A stretch of 64,000 bases of DNA from Flavobacterium sp. GTDB lineage: Bacteria > Bacteroidota > Bacteroidia > Flavobacteriales > Flavobacteriaceae. Shown here one piece after another: positions 54,691 to 64,000 of the stretch. The notes beneath the pieces are model-generated. The model worked only from the letters and a program-made list of their open reading frames with translations, was not told the origin of the DNA and did not search any database. The translations under genes and the position numbers were made by a program. The first letter of the stretch is position 1. Every line of letters starts with the position of its first letter. Location: assembly GCA_025351785.1 (NCBI GenBank), contig JANXVF010000080.1, forward strand, positions 44,307 through 108,306, given 5' to 3'.

Positions 54691-55481
54691 TATGGTATTA
54701 GTATTTTATAATTTGTAATTCCTTTGAGGGTAAAAATAGATAAAATTTGGTCTTTGTAATAGAATTTTTTAAATGATTTTTCAATTCCTTGAATTTTATA
54801 TAGTTTGTCTAAATTTCTATCTTTCAAAAAAAGCTCATTTTCTTTTTGATATAAAAAATAGTTTCGCTCTAATAGTTGCATATCTTGATTAACTTCAACT
54901 TTTCCGTTAGAAAAAATTCTTCCATAAAAATTACAAGTCAACCATTGATTTTGCGCATCTATCCAATTGAAATAGTTAAAATCGGTTTGATAATAAGAAA
55001 AAGTTTCTTTTATAGGAATTCCTAAATTTTTGTAGGTGTTAGAATTTAAATCATACAATCCTATTTGTTGATTTAAACTGTTATAAATCCAAAGCTGATT
55101 TTGAGCCGAAATACCAATTGCTGTTGCAACTATTGGAATTTCGTTTTTAGAAAATTGAATATTTTGTATTTCATTCAATTGATTATCTAGCACTACCACA
55201 GAATTAAACTCCTGATAAAATAAAATAATTTTTAACGGATTAGTGATATCAACTTTAGAAAGTTTGCCAAGCGAAAGGTTTTGATATTGCAATGTTGTAG
55301 CATTAACAATCTTAAAAAGAACATCATTTTTTTGATAAAAATAATTTCCAAATCCGTCGTAACCAAGAAAAACATCAGCATCAAAATCAACAGAATTTAG
55401 TTGTGTTGCTCTAATTATATTTTCCTGACTATTACAAATCGAGATATTTAAAAATAATAAATAATAAAAAATATATTTCAT
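54690..55481 (-). CDS. Hypothetical exported protein, probably beta-propeller-like
   Basis: Signal peptide ending CNS-Q, DITNPLKIILFYQEF..LDNQL; TAATG overlap with the kinase gene. Confidence 0.7.
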   Translation of the reverse strand: MKYIFYYLLFLNISICNSQENIIRATQLNSVDFDADVFLGYDGFGNYFYQKNDVLFKIVNATTLQYQNLSLGKLSKVDITNPLKIILFYQEFNSVVVLDNQLNEIQNIQFSKNEIPIVATAIGISAQNQLWIYNSLNQQIGLYDLNSNTYKNLGIPIKETFSYYQTDFNYFNWIDAQNQWLTCNFYGRIFSNGKVEVNQDMQLLERNYFLYQKENELFLKDRNLDKLYKIQGIEKSFKKFYYKDQILSIFTLKGITNYKILIP

Positions 55482-55499
55482 GGTTTGGCTAAATTAAGC

Positions 55500-55577
55500 T
55501 AAACTAAACAAAGAATTTAAAGTCTTACTAAAAATAATTTAACAATTAGTTAGTAACATAAGTTCCCACGAATCGTC
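55500..55577 (+). promoter_or_regulatory. Two tandem candidate ECF promoters upstream of the GLPGLI operon
   Basis: TAAACT-N15-AGTC (55500-55524) and GTAAC-N16-CGTC (55553-55577). Confidence 0.5.
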
Positions 55578-55611
55578 ATATTTGCTATTGTAAATATAAT
55601 TGATATATAAA

Positions 55612-56505
55612 ATGAAAAAAATATTCCTTACAGCTTCATTATTTGTTGCTTTTATAAATTCGTATGCTCAAAAAGATTTTCAAGGAATGGCTGTATATGA
55701 GTCTAAAACAAGTACTTCAGACTTTAAAAAACGATTTGAAGGAAACAAAGACATCACTCCCGAAATGCAAAAAATGATAGAAGAACGAATGAAAAAAATG
55801 TTTGAAAAAACATTTATTTTAAATTTTGATAAGTCGGCTTCTATTTATAAAGAAGAAGAAAAACTAGATCCTACTGCAACACAAAACGGTGGCGGAATGA
55901 GAATGATGATGAACTCTATGTCTGGAGGTGGCGGAACTTTTTATAAAAATGTAAAAGAAAAAACCTACACAGTAGATAAAGAATTTATGGGTAAAGAATT
56001 TTTGGTTAAAGATTCGTTGACAAAATTAAAATGGAAATTAGAACAAGAAACAAGAGTTATTGGCGGTTACACATGTTATAAAGCCACAGCTGTAAAAGAA
56101 GCTAGCAAATCTGATTTTAGAAATTTCAGACCTAAAAATGACGATGATAAAAAAGCCAATGTTGCTAAGGGTGATGATAAAGATAAAAAAACAAATTTTC
56201 TAGAAGGTCTAGATATGCCAAAAGAAATTACAATTACCGCTTGGTATACTCCTGAAATTCCAGTAAATCAAGGTCCAGAAAGTTATTGGGGATTGCCTGG
56301 TTTAATTTTAGAAATTAATGATGGAAAAACAACTGTTTTATGTTCAAAAATTGTAATGAATTCTAAAGAAAAAGCAGTTATAAAAGCACCGACTAACGGA
56401 AAAGTAATTTCTCAAAAAGAGTATGATGAAACGGTAATCAAAAAAATGAAAGAAATGCAAGAGATGAATCAAGGTCAAGGTGGTGGCATGCATTTTGGCA
56501 GATAA
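55612..56505 (+). CDS. GLPGLI family protein
   Basis: Signal peptide ending SYA-Q, TRVIGGYTCYKA, AWYTPEIPV..GPESYWGLPGLILE. Start set at ATG 55612. Confidence 0.92.
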   Translation: MKKIFLTASLFVAFINSYAQKDFQGMAVYESKTSTSDFKKRFEGNKDITPEMQKMIEERMKKMFEKTFILNFDKSASIYKEEEKLDPTATQNGGGMRMMMNSMSGGGGTFYKNVKEKTYTVDKEFMGKEFLVKDSLTKLKWKLEQETRVIGGYTCYKATAVKEASKSDFRNFRPKNDDDKKANVAKGDDKDKKTNFLEGLDMPKEITITAWYTPEIPVNQGPESYWGLPGLILEINDGKTTVLCSKIVMNSKEKAVIKAPTNGKVISQKEYDETVIKKMKEMQEMNQGQGGGMHFGR

Positions 56506-56567
56506 TTTTCTAAAAAAAAATTTCACACATAACGTTTAAATCTGTAACTCATTTTTAGTTTTTCACA

Positions 56568-59336
56568 ATGAAAAAAATTTACTTTTTTGTATTCATATTA
56601 TTTTCTACAATATCATTTTCTCAAAATATACGTTTTGAAGGCGTAATTCTCGAGTCGGGAAAGGCACCTTTAGAGATGGCAAATGTAATGGCGGTAAACC
56701 AAGTTACAAAAGCAATGGATGCTTATGCAATAACTAACGATAAAGGAAAATTTGTACTCAATTTGAAACCAAATACTAGTTACTCAATCAAGTTGAGTTA
56801 CATAGGAATGCAAAACAAAGAAATTGTTATAGCAACTAAATCGGAAAATATTTCTCAAAATATTGCAATGGATGTTGCAGACAATACTTTGGATGAGGTA
56901 GAGATTGTTCGAGAAATGCCAGTTTCTATTAAAGGTGATACGATAGTTTATAATGCCGATTCTTTCAAATCAGGAACCGAACGCAAATTAGAAGACGTAT
57001 TGAAAAAATTGCCAGGAGTTGAGGTAAATGCTGATGGCGAGATTCAAGTGGAAGGGAAAAAAGTATCCAAACTTATGGTAGAAGGAAAAGATTTTTTTGA
57101 CGGCGATACAAAACTTGGCGTTAAAAATATTCCAGCCGATGCCATAGATAAAATACAAGTTTTGAGGAATTATAATGATGTTGGTGCCCTAAAAGGTTTA
57201 GAAAATAATGAAGAAAATGTGGCAATGAATATTAAATTAAAACCTGGTAAAAAGAATTTTTGGTTTGGCGATATGACAGCAGGAATAGGAGTAGAGCATT
57301 CAGATACCCGATATTTAATTAATCCAAAATTATTTTATTACAACCCAAAATACAGCATAAATTTAATAACTAATTTCAATAATATTGGTGAGTTGCCTTT
57401 AACAATTCAGGATTATTTTAAGTTTACAGGTGGGTTTAGAAGTTTTATGAAAAAAGGAGGAAGCAACTTTAATGTAGCCTCAAACGATTTAGGAATTTCG
57501 TTATTGCGAAATGATAGAGCAAAAGAAATCGAAACCCGTTTTGGAGCTTCAAACTTTGCTTACAATGTTACTAAAAGTTGGAGTTTAAGTGGTTTTGGAA
57601 TTATTTCATCATCAATAACCGATTTAGAAACGGTTTCAAAAAATAACCGAACCGACCTTGCCAGAAACCCTGATGGTACGGTTGTAAATACTTTTATTAC
57701 AAATACAAATACGCAAGAAGCTGCTCATCAAAAAAGCGATTTTGGACTTTTTAAAATAACGTCTACTTATAAACCCAATACAAAATTACAGTTTGATTAT
57801 GATGTATTAACAAAGCTATCGAAACAAAACGAGAGTACTAATTTAATTTCTGAGTCTACTACTACAGCATCAAATTTGCCAAATTCAAACAATAATCAAA
57901 CGATACATTCTTTGAAAGTGCAAAATCCATTTTCATTCAATCAAAATTTAAGTTTATATTATACCAAAAACGAAAAAAATATTTTTGATTTTGAAGTACA
58001 ACATTTGTATCAAGATCAAAACCCATTTTACAATGCAAATTTGGGAACTAATCCTTTTCCCGATACTATTATTCCAAACGCAACCATTGGAAATTTAGGA
58101 ATTCAGGATGGTAATTCTAGATATGATTTAAATCAAAATCGATTTATCAAAACAAATAAGATTGATTCAAAATTAGATTATTATTACATGCTTACTCCAA
58201 AAAGCAATATCAATATTACTTTAGGAAATACCTATTCTTATCAAAATTTTAAATCTGATATTTTTCAAATTTTAGATAATGGAGCTATAAATTCAATGGC
58301 TACAAACTCAAAAAATGATGTAAAATATGCTTTTAATGATTTGTTTTTAGGATTGCATTATAAGTTTTTATACAAAAAATTTACGCTAACACCAGGAGTT
58401 TCCTTTCATACCTATAGTACAAATAATGATCAACAAGAAACTAATTTTAAACAAAATTTTACTAGAATTTTACCAGATTTTTATGCTTTGTTTCAATTAA
58501 AAAAAGCCGAAACGTTGACCTATAATTTTTCTTTTACAAACGATTTTACAGATATCAATCAACTAGCAACATCTTATGTGTTGTCAAGTTACAACAGTTT
58601 GTTTCGAGGAAATCGAAGTTTAGAAAACGCGACTTCTCAAGTTCATTCACTTAGATATTTTAAATATAATATGTTTAATTTTGAAAATATTTTTGCAAAT
58701 GCAACCTATACTCGACGCGTTGATGCAGTTAAAACTAATGCAAATTTTAACGGAATAAATCAATCGTCTGTGCCTTACAATTCAAATTTTGCTGACGAAA
58801 CACTCTCGGGATTTGGAAATTATGGACGTTCATTTTTAAAGAATTACAAAGCCTCGGTTGGGCTTAATTTAAACTGGTCTAAGTTTAATAATATTCAAAA
58901 TGCTAGTGCTGTAAGCACCGAAAGTTTCACCCAAAGTTATACTTTAAAAGCTTCAACTAACTATAAAAATTTACCAAATATAGAGTTAGCATACAATTAT
59001 TTAATTAATAAATATAGTGGTAATACTTTTTACACCGATGCGCCATCTGCAAAAGTTGATTACTATTTTTTAAAAAGTTTTTCGTTTGTGTCTGAATATA
59101 CTTTTTATCATTATCGTAATAAAGATAAAACTTCAAATAACGAATATGACTTTTTATCTGCAAGTTTGATTTATCAAAAAACTAAAGACAGTAAGTTAGA
59201 ATATAAAATAGCAGCAACAAATTTATTAAACACTACATCTTTAAATGATGATAGTTTTTCGCAATTTTCTACCAGAACATCGCAATATAGAGTGCAACCA
59301 CGATATATAATTTTCAGCTTGAAGTATAATTTATAA
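56568..59336 (+). CDS. Large outer-membrane beta-barrel protein (TonB-dependent-receptor-like architecture) with a carboxypeptidase-regulatory-like N-domain
   Basis: Signal peptide, TNDKGKF N-domain, plug-like KGDTIVYNA...LEDVLKKLPGV...DFFDGD, C-terminus FSLKYNL. Confidence 0.8.
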   Translation: MKKIYFFVFILFSTISFSQNIRFEGVILESGKAPLEMANVMAVNQVTKAMDAYAITNDKGKFVLNLKPNTSYSIKLSYIGMQNKEIVIATKSENISQNIAMDVADNTLDEVEIVREMPVSIKGDTIVYNADSFKSGTERKLEDVLKKLPGVEVNADGEIQVEGKKVSKLMVEGKDFFDGDTKLGVKNIPADAIDKIQVLRNYNDVGALKGLENNEENVAMNIKLKPGKKNFWFGDMTAGIGVEHSDTRYLINPKLFYYNPKYSINLITNFNNIGELPLTIQDYFKFTGGFRSFMKKGGSNFNVASNDLGISLLRNDRAKEIETRFGASNFAYNVTKSWSLSGFGIISSSITDLETVSKNNRTDLARNPDGTVVNTFITNTNTQEAAHQKSDFGLFKITSTYKPNTKLQFDYDVLTKLSKQNESTNLISESTTTASNLPNSNNNQTIHSLKVQNPFSFNQNLSLYYTKNEKNIFDFEVQHLYQDQNPFYNANLGTNPFPDTIIPNATIGNLGIQDGNSRYDLNQNRFIKTNKIDSKLDYYYMLTPKSNINITLGNTYSYQNFKSDIFQILDNGAINSMATNSKNDVKYAFNDLFLGLHYKFLYKKFTLTPGVSFHTYSTNNDQQETNFKQNFTRILPDFYALFQLKKAETLTYNFSFTNDFTDINQLATSYVLSSYNSLFRGNRSLENATSQVHSLRYFKYNMFNFENIFANATYTRRVDAVKTNANFNGINQSSVPYNSNFADETLSGFGNYGRSFLKNYKASVGLNLNWSKFNNIQNASAVSTESFTQSYTLKASTNYKNLPNIELAYNYLINKYSGNTFYTDAPSAKVDYYFLKSFSFVSEYTFYHYRNKDKTSNNEYDFLSASLIYQKTKDSKLEYKIAATNLLNTTSLNDDSFSQFSTRTSQYRVQPRYIIFSLKYNL

Positions 59337-59359
59337 AATATTAAGTTAATTGGTAAACG

Positions 59360-59926
59360 ATGACTGAAAAAGAAAAAATGCTTTCGGGCGAATTTTATTT
59401 TGCAAACGACAAGGAGTTAATTAGCGAACGGATCAAAGCAAAAAAATTACTTCAACAATTAAATGTTACAGAATATGTGATGAACGGAAATGCGAGGCAA
59501 ATTTTAAGAGTCTTATTGCCAAATGCAAATAAAAAAATTTACATAGAACCTCCATTTCATTGTGATTATGGATATAACATTCACTCTGGCGACAATGTAT
59601 ATTTTAATGTGAATTGTGTAATTTTGGACACCATGAAAATTGAAATAGGTAATAATGTGTTTTTTGGACCAGGAGTTCATATATATACTGCTACGCATCC
59701 GCTTAACGCAATTGATAGACGAACGTTAGAATTTTCGAAACCAGTTTTTATTGGCAATGATTGTTGGATTGGTGGGCTTACTGTTATTTGCCCTGGAGTA
59801 AAAATTGGAAATGGTTGCACAATTGGTGCGGGAAGTGTTGTTGTAAAAGATATCCCAGATAATTCGCTGGCGGTAGGAAATCCCGCAAGAGTTATTCGGC
59901 AACTAGATAATACAGAAAAAGAGTAA
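59360..59926 (+). CDS. Sugar O-acetyltransferase (maltose/galactoside acetyltransferase family)
   Basis: EKEKML, PPFHCDYGYNI, hexapeptide repeats, AVGNPARVIR. Confidence 0.92.
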   Translation: MTEKEKMLSGEFYFANDKELISERIKAKKLLQQLNVTEYVMNGNARQILRVLLPNANKKIYIEPPFHCDYGYNIHSGDNVYFNVNCVILDTMKIEIGNNVFFGPGVHIYTATHPLNAIDRRTLEFSKPVFIGNDCWIGGLTVICPGVKIGNGCTIGAGSVVVKDIPDNSLAVGNPARVIRQLDNTEKE

Positions 59927-59934
59927 GTTTTTGT

Positions 59935-61098
59935 TTAATAAATTATTTTTACAAAATTCGAAGCTATTTTTGCTCTTTCTACAATTTCTTCAATTGGAGT
60001 TTCTAAAGAATCATTTACTAATGCAACTCCCATTCTTCTGAAAGGTCTTGAAGTCGGTTTTCCGAAAATTCTAAAATCAGTGTTTGGTTGCGATGCTATT
60101 TTTTCTAAACCCGAATAAGTAGGATTATTACTAAACTCGGTTGCCAAAATTACGGAACTTGCTCCAGCTTTTTCAAGAGTTATTTCAGATATTGGTAAAC
60201 TTAAAATAGCCCTCAAGTGCAGTTCAAATTCATTAAAATTTTGAGTTCCTGCCAAAGTTACCATTCCAGTATCGTGAGGTCTTGGCGATAATTCTGAGAA
60301 ATAAACTCCGTTATCTGTCAAAAAAAACTCAACGCCAAACAGTCCTGCTCCACCAAGTGCTTCTGTTATTTTTGAAGCCATTTTTTGCGATTCAAATAAA
60401 TCTTTTTCAGAAATATTTGCTGGTTGCCAACTTTCCTGATAGTCGCCTCGATCTTGCCGATGACCAATTGGCGCACAAAATAACGTTGGATTTTGATTTT
60501 GAACAACTGTCAACAAAGTGATTTCTGAATTGAATTTTATAAATTCTTCAACAATTACTTCAACAACATCACCACGCGAGCCTTCTAATGCATAATTCCA
60601 CGCTTTATTAATGTCACTTTTTGATTTTATTGTAGACTGTCCTTTGCCAGAAGAGCTCATTAAAGGTTTTACAACACATGGAATTCCAATTTCTGAAACT
60701 GCTTTTATTAATTGTTCTGCAGTGGTTGCATAAATATATTTTGCAGTTTTAAGTCCTAACTCTTTTGAAGCTAAATCTCTGATAGCCTTTCTGTTCATAG
60801 TAAAATTTGCAGCTTTCGCTGACGGAATTACTACTATTCCTTGTTTTTCATATTCATAAAAGCGTTCCGTTCTTATCGCCTCAATTTCTGGAACTATAAA
60901 ATCTGGTTTGTGTTTTGCAACAACTCTATCTAGAGCATCTCCGTCGAGCATGTTAATTACTTCAAAACTGTGAGCAACTTGCATGGCAGGTGCATTTTCA
61001 TAATTATCTACAGCAATTATGGTTTGACCAATCCGTTGTGCAGCAATTGCAAATTCTTTTCCTAATTCTCCAGATCCTAATACTAAAAATTTAGCCAT
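59935..61098 (-). CDS. purT: Formate-dependent phosphoribosylglycinamide formyltransferase
   Basis: [43 protein letters not shown]. Confidence 0.95.
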   Translation of the reverse strand: MAKFLVLGSGELGKEFAIAAQRIGQTIIAVDNYENAPAMQVAHSFEVINMLDGDALDRVVAKHKPDFIVPEIEAIRTERFYEYEKQGIVVIPSAKAANFTMNRKAIRDLASKELGLKTAKYIYATTAEQLIKAVSEIGIPCVVKPLMSSSGKGQSTIKSKSDINKAWNYALEGSRGDVVEVIVEEFIKFNSEITLLTVVQNQNPTLFCAPIGHRQDRGDYQESWQPANISEKDLFESQKMASKITEALGGAGLFGVEFFLTDNGVYFSELSPRPHDTGMVTLAGTQNFNEFELHLRAILSLPISEITLEKAGASSVILATEFSNNPTYSGLEKIASQPNTDFRIFGKPTSRPFRRMGVALVNDSLETPIEEIVERAKIASNFVKIIY

Positions 61099-61103
61099 AA
61101 TTT

Positions 61104-62288
61104 TTATGCTAAAACTTCTTTAATTCTTCGTAAAGCCTCAATTAATAATTCTTCACTTGCAGCATATGAAAATCGGATACAATTAGGATTCCCAAAGGCC
61201 TCACCGGTTACTGTTGCAACGTTTGCTTCGGATAATAAAAGCATCGAAAAATCATCAGCATTTTTTATTAATTTATTTTGTATTATTTTTCCAAAAAATG
61301 ATGATACGTCTGGAAAAACATAAAATGCTCCTTCAGGAATATTGATTTTTAATCCTGGAATTTCTTTAATAAGCCCTACAACTAAATCTCTTCGGCTATG
61401 AAAAGCATCTACCATATATTTTAAAACACTTGGGTCAGCATCTAAAGCTGTTATAGTAGCTCTTTGTGCTATAGAATTTGCTCCTGAGGTAACTTGTCCT
61501 TGCATTTTTGTGCATGCTTTAGCAATAAATTCGGGTGCGCCAATATAACCTATGCGCCATCCAGTCATAGCAAATGCCTTAGCTACACCGTTTACGGTTA
61601 TGGTTCTGTCAAACATTCCAGCAATGGATGCGATACTGCAAAAAGTCCCTGAAAAATTTATATGTTCATATATTTCGTCAGCAACAATGTAAACATTTGG
61701 ATATTTTTCTAAAACTTTTGCTAGGGCTGAAAACTCTTCTCTAGAATATACAGAACCGCTTGGATTACAAGGGGAACTGTACCAAATCATTTTTGTTTTG
61801 GGCGTGATTGATGCTTCTAATTGTTCAGGAGTAATTTTAAAATCGTTTTCTATAGAAGTTTCTACTTCTACTGGAATACCACCGCTTAATTTTATAATCT
61901 CTGAATATGAAACCCAAAATGGAGCGGGCAAAACTACTTCATCTCCATCATTTAATAAAACTTGAGCAACATTATATAAAGATTGTTTTGCTCCTGTAGA
62001 TACAACGATATTTGCTGGTTTGTAATCTAAATTATTGTCTCTTTTAAATTTTCGACAAATTGCTTCTTTCAATTCGAGATAACCGTCGACTGGTGAGTAG
62101 GTCGAATAATTTTCGTCGATAGCTTTTTTTGCGGCTTCTTTTATAAAATCGGGCGTGTTAAAATCGGGCTCGCCCAAACTCAAACTAATTATGTCTTTTC
62201 CTTGCGATTTTAATTCTCTTGCAAGTGCAGCCATTGCCAATGTTTGAGAAGTCGATAAATTGTTAATTCTGTCCGATAGTGGATTCAT
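61104..62288 (-). CDS. Class I PLP aminotransferase (aspartate aminotransferase-like)
   Basis: [39 protein letters not shown]. Start set at ATG 62288. Confidence 0.93.
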   Translation of the reverse strand: MNPLSDRINNLSTSQTLAMAALARELKSQGKDIISLSLGEPDFNTPDFIKEAAKKAIDENYSTYSPVDGYLELKEAICRKFKRDNNLDYKPANIVVSTGAKQSLYNVAQVLLNDGDEVVLPAPFWVSYSEIIKLSGGIPVEVETSIENDFKITPEQLEASITPKTKMIWYSSPCNPSGSVYSREEFSALAKVLEKYPNVYIVADEIYEHINFSGTFCSIASIAGMFDRTITVNGVAKAFAMTGWRIGYIGAPEFIAKACTKMQGQVTSGANSIAQRATITALDADPSVLKYMVDAFHSRRDLVVGLIKEIPGLKINIPEGAFYVFPDVSSFFGKIIQNKLIKNADDFSMLLLSEANVATVTGEAFGNPNCIRFSYAASEELLIEALRRIKEVLA

Positions 62289-62348
62289 TTTGTTTAAGTT
62301 GAGGTTGTTGTATAAATGAGCAAGCATTTTTTATTAAACGTAAAAATA

Positions 62349-62378
62349 AAAAAAATCCCAAGAATTTCTTGGGATTTT
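62349..62378 (-). terminator. Intrinsic terminator after the desaturase gene
   Basis: AAAATCCCAAGAA-t-TTCTTGGGATTTT. Confidence 0.88.
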
Positions 62379-62387
62379 ATATTTATA

Positions 62388-63485
62388 TTATGCAACTTGT
62401 GGTTGTTGACCTAAATCTCTTAAATGTTTATAATGAGCAAAGACTGCACTCCGCATCGTTTTGAATTCGTTATATGGTAAGTTACATTCTAAGGCTGTTT
62501 GTTTTACAAACTCTGCAATTTTACCATAATGAACATGACTTATATGAGGATATAAATGATGTTCTACCTGATGGTTTAATCCTCCAGTGAACCAATTTAC
62601 AATCTTATTTTTAGGAGCAAAATTTGCAGTTGTGTAAAGTTGATGTATTGCCCAAGTATTTTCTATTTCGCCTACTTCGTTAGGTATAGGATTTGTAGTT
62701 TCATCTACTACATGAGCTAACTGAAATACTATACTCAAGATTAATCCAGCAGTATAATGCATCGCGGTAAAACCAATTAAAACTTTCCACCAAGATATTC
62801 CAAGAACCATTGGAATTACAATCCAAACGGCAAAATATATAATTTTAGAAATAACTAACGTTGTCCATAAAAATTTTGAACTTTTAGGTTCGCCGTAAGA
62901 TAGTTTTCTTTTCAAATATTGTCCCATTTGCTTAAAATCGGTTGTTAAACACCAATTAAAAGTAAGTAGACCATATAAAAAAAAGGAATAGTAATGTTGA
63001 AATTTATGAAACGAGTGCCACTCAGCTTCTTTTGTAAAACGAATTATTCTTCCTGCATCTAAATCTTCATCATGACCATGGATATTTGTGTAAGTATGAT
63101 GTAAAACGTTGTGTTGCACTTGCCAGTTATAAACGTTTCCAGCTAAAATATATATAGTTCCTCCCATGAATTTGTTTACCCAGTTTTTGTTAGAAAACGA
63201 ACCATGGTTTCCATCATGCATCACATTCATTCCTATACCTGCCATTCCTATTCCAATCAGAATTGAAAGAATCAAGAAAAGCCAAAAGGGCATGTTTGTT
63301 AATGAAATAATTAAAAAATAGGGAGCAAGATAAACAGTAAAAAGTATAATAGTTTTTAAGTGTAATTTCCAGTTACCAGTTTTTGATATATTATTGTCTT
63401 TAAAGTAATTATTAACTCGAGTGTTTAAAGTCCTAAAAAACTTCAAACTATCTTGTTTAGAGAAAGTTGGGATTGTGTTTTCCAT
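62388..63485 (-). CDS. Membrane fatty-acid (acyl-CoA) desaturase
   Basis: Three His boxes: HDGNH, HNVLHH, HQVEHH. Confidence 0.92.
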   Translation of the reverse strand: MENTIPTFSKQDSLKFFRTLNTRVNNYFKDNNISKTGNWKLHLKTIILFTVYLAPYFLIISLTNMPFWLFLILSILIGIGMAGIGMNVMHDGNHGSFSNKNWVNKFMGGTIYILAGNVYNWQVQHNVLHHTYTNIHGHDEDLDAGRIIRFTKEAEWHSFHKFQHYYSFFLYGLLTFNWCLTTDFKQMGQYLKRKLSYGEPKSSKFLWTTLVISKIIYFAVWIVIPMVLGISWWKVLIGFTAMHYTAGLILSIVFQLAHVVDETTNPIPNEVGEIENTWAIHQLYTTANFAPKNKIVNWFTGGLNHQVEHHLYPHISHVHYGKIAEFVKQTALECNLPYNEFKTMRSAVFAHYKHLRDLGQQPQVA

Positions 63486-63503
63486 AAAAATTCATAATTT
63501 GTA

Positions 63504-63578
63504 CAAATATAAATATTAATTATATTGGACAAGTGTTAAAAATCAAAAAAAATATACCAATCAAATTTAGTATTTTTG
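63504..63578. promoter_or_regulatory. Divergent -7 boxes for the desaturase (-, 63504-63511) and rsmG (+, 63571-63578)
   Basis: TATATTTG on the minus strand; TATTTTTG on the plus strand. Confidence 0.6.
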
Positions 63579-63594
63579 TTAAAATTTATGATTA

Positions 63595-64000
63595 ATGGAA
63601 GAAATATTAATTCAGTTTCCTAAAATTACACCAACTCAAATACGTCAGTTTGAAGAATTGGAATATTTATATAATGATTGGAATTCAAAAATAAACGTTA
63701 TTTCAAGAAAAGATATAGATGAGTTATATATTAAACACGTTTTACATTCTTTAGCAATAGCTAAAATAATAAATTTTGAAGCAGGAACTTATATTTTAGA
63801 TGTTGGTACTGGAGGTGGATTTCCAGGAATTCCGCTTGCCATTTTATTTCCAGAAACTCGATTTTACTTAATTGATGTTATTTTAAAAAAAATAAATGTT
63901 GTAAAAGCTATCGCAGAAAGTTTGGAATTAAAAAATGTGAAAACTGAACAAATTAGAGCTGAAAATGTAAAAGGAGATTATGATTTTATAGTTAGTAGAG
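63595..64000 (+). CDS. rsmG: 16S rRNA m7G527 methyltransferase, 3'-truncated by the window edge (not in the ORF track)
   Basis: Manual translation MEEIL...WNSKINVISRKD...HVLHSL...LDVGTGGGFPGIPLAI...DFIVSR. Confidence 0.95.
   Translation, partial: MEEILIQFPKITPTQIRQFEELEYLYNDWNSKINVISRKDIDELYIKHVLHSLAIAKIINFEAGTYILDVGTGGGFPGIPLAILFPETRFYLIDVILKKINVVKAIAESLELKNVKTEQIRAENVKGDYDFIVSR

Noticed and set aside
407-60521. About 45 short ORFs antisense to or out of frame within larger genes in the ORF track (e.g. 407-664, 8791-9150, 30333-30635, 46104-46430)
   Set aside because: They overlap well-supported genes and show no motifs or initiation context; they are typical shadow ORFs.
1-64000. tRNA, rRNA, CRISPR, IS/transposase, integrase or defence genes
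   Set aside because: No cloverleaf-like or rRNA-length non-coding stretch, no repeat-spacer array, no recombinase ORF and no composition shift were seen; the gaps are short and explained.

Overview
This is AT-rich (about 30% GC by eye) core chromosome of a Flavobacterium-like member of the Bacteroidota. The assignment rests on TAnnTTTG '-7' promoters, the general lack of Shine-Dalgarno motifs, Gln after most signal peptides, porT, a GLPGLI gene and the alternative complex III operon. The window holds tig-clpP-clpX; actABCDEF-ctaC-ctaD (alternative complex III plus aa3-type oxidase subunits II and I); ruvB and queG; and an opposite-strand oxidase cluster (cyoE, two subunit III paralogs, subunit IV, an SCO-like pair, DUF420 and a small CAMC-motif gene). 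It continues with waaA, a DegT aminotransferase, galE, fabD, pirin, a polyprenyl synthetase, an ECF sigma/anti-sigma/outer-membrane-barrel trio, dnaG, S46/S9/M23 peptidases, accD, fbaA, a TamA/BamA-family lipoprotein, porT, ubiE/menG, pdhB, a GLPGLI plus large beta-barrel pair, purT, an aminotransferase, a desaturase and a partial rsmG. I found no tRNA, rRNA, CRISPR, IS or prophage. The most interesting unexplained signals are: a recurring AAC-N17-GTC ECF-type promoter in front of uncharacterised envelope genes near an ECF locus; the GLPGLI/barrel pair; the CAMC gene; two small lipoproteins built from 11-residue repeats of the Bacteroidota O-glycosylation sequon; a Flavo-1-like structured element; and a CAGT/ACTG repeat palindrome. 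All family assignments come from motif recognition; no database search was run.
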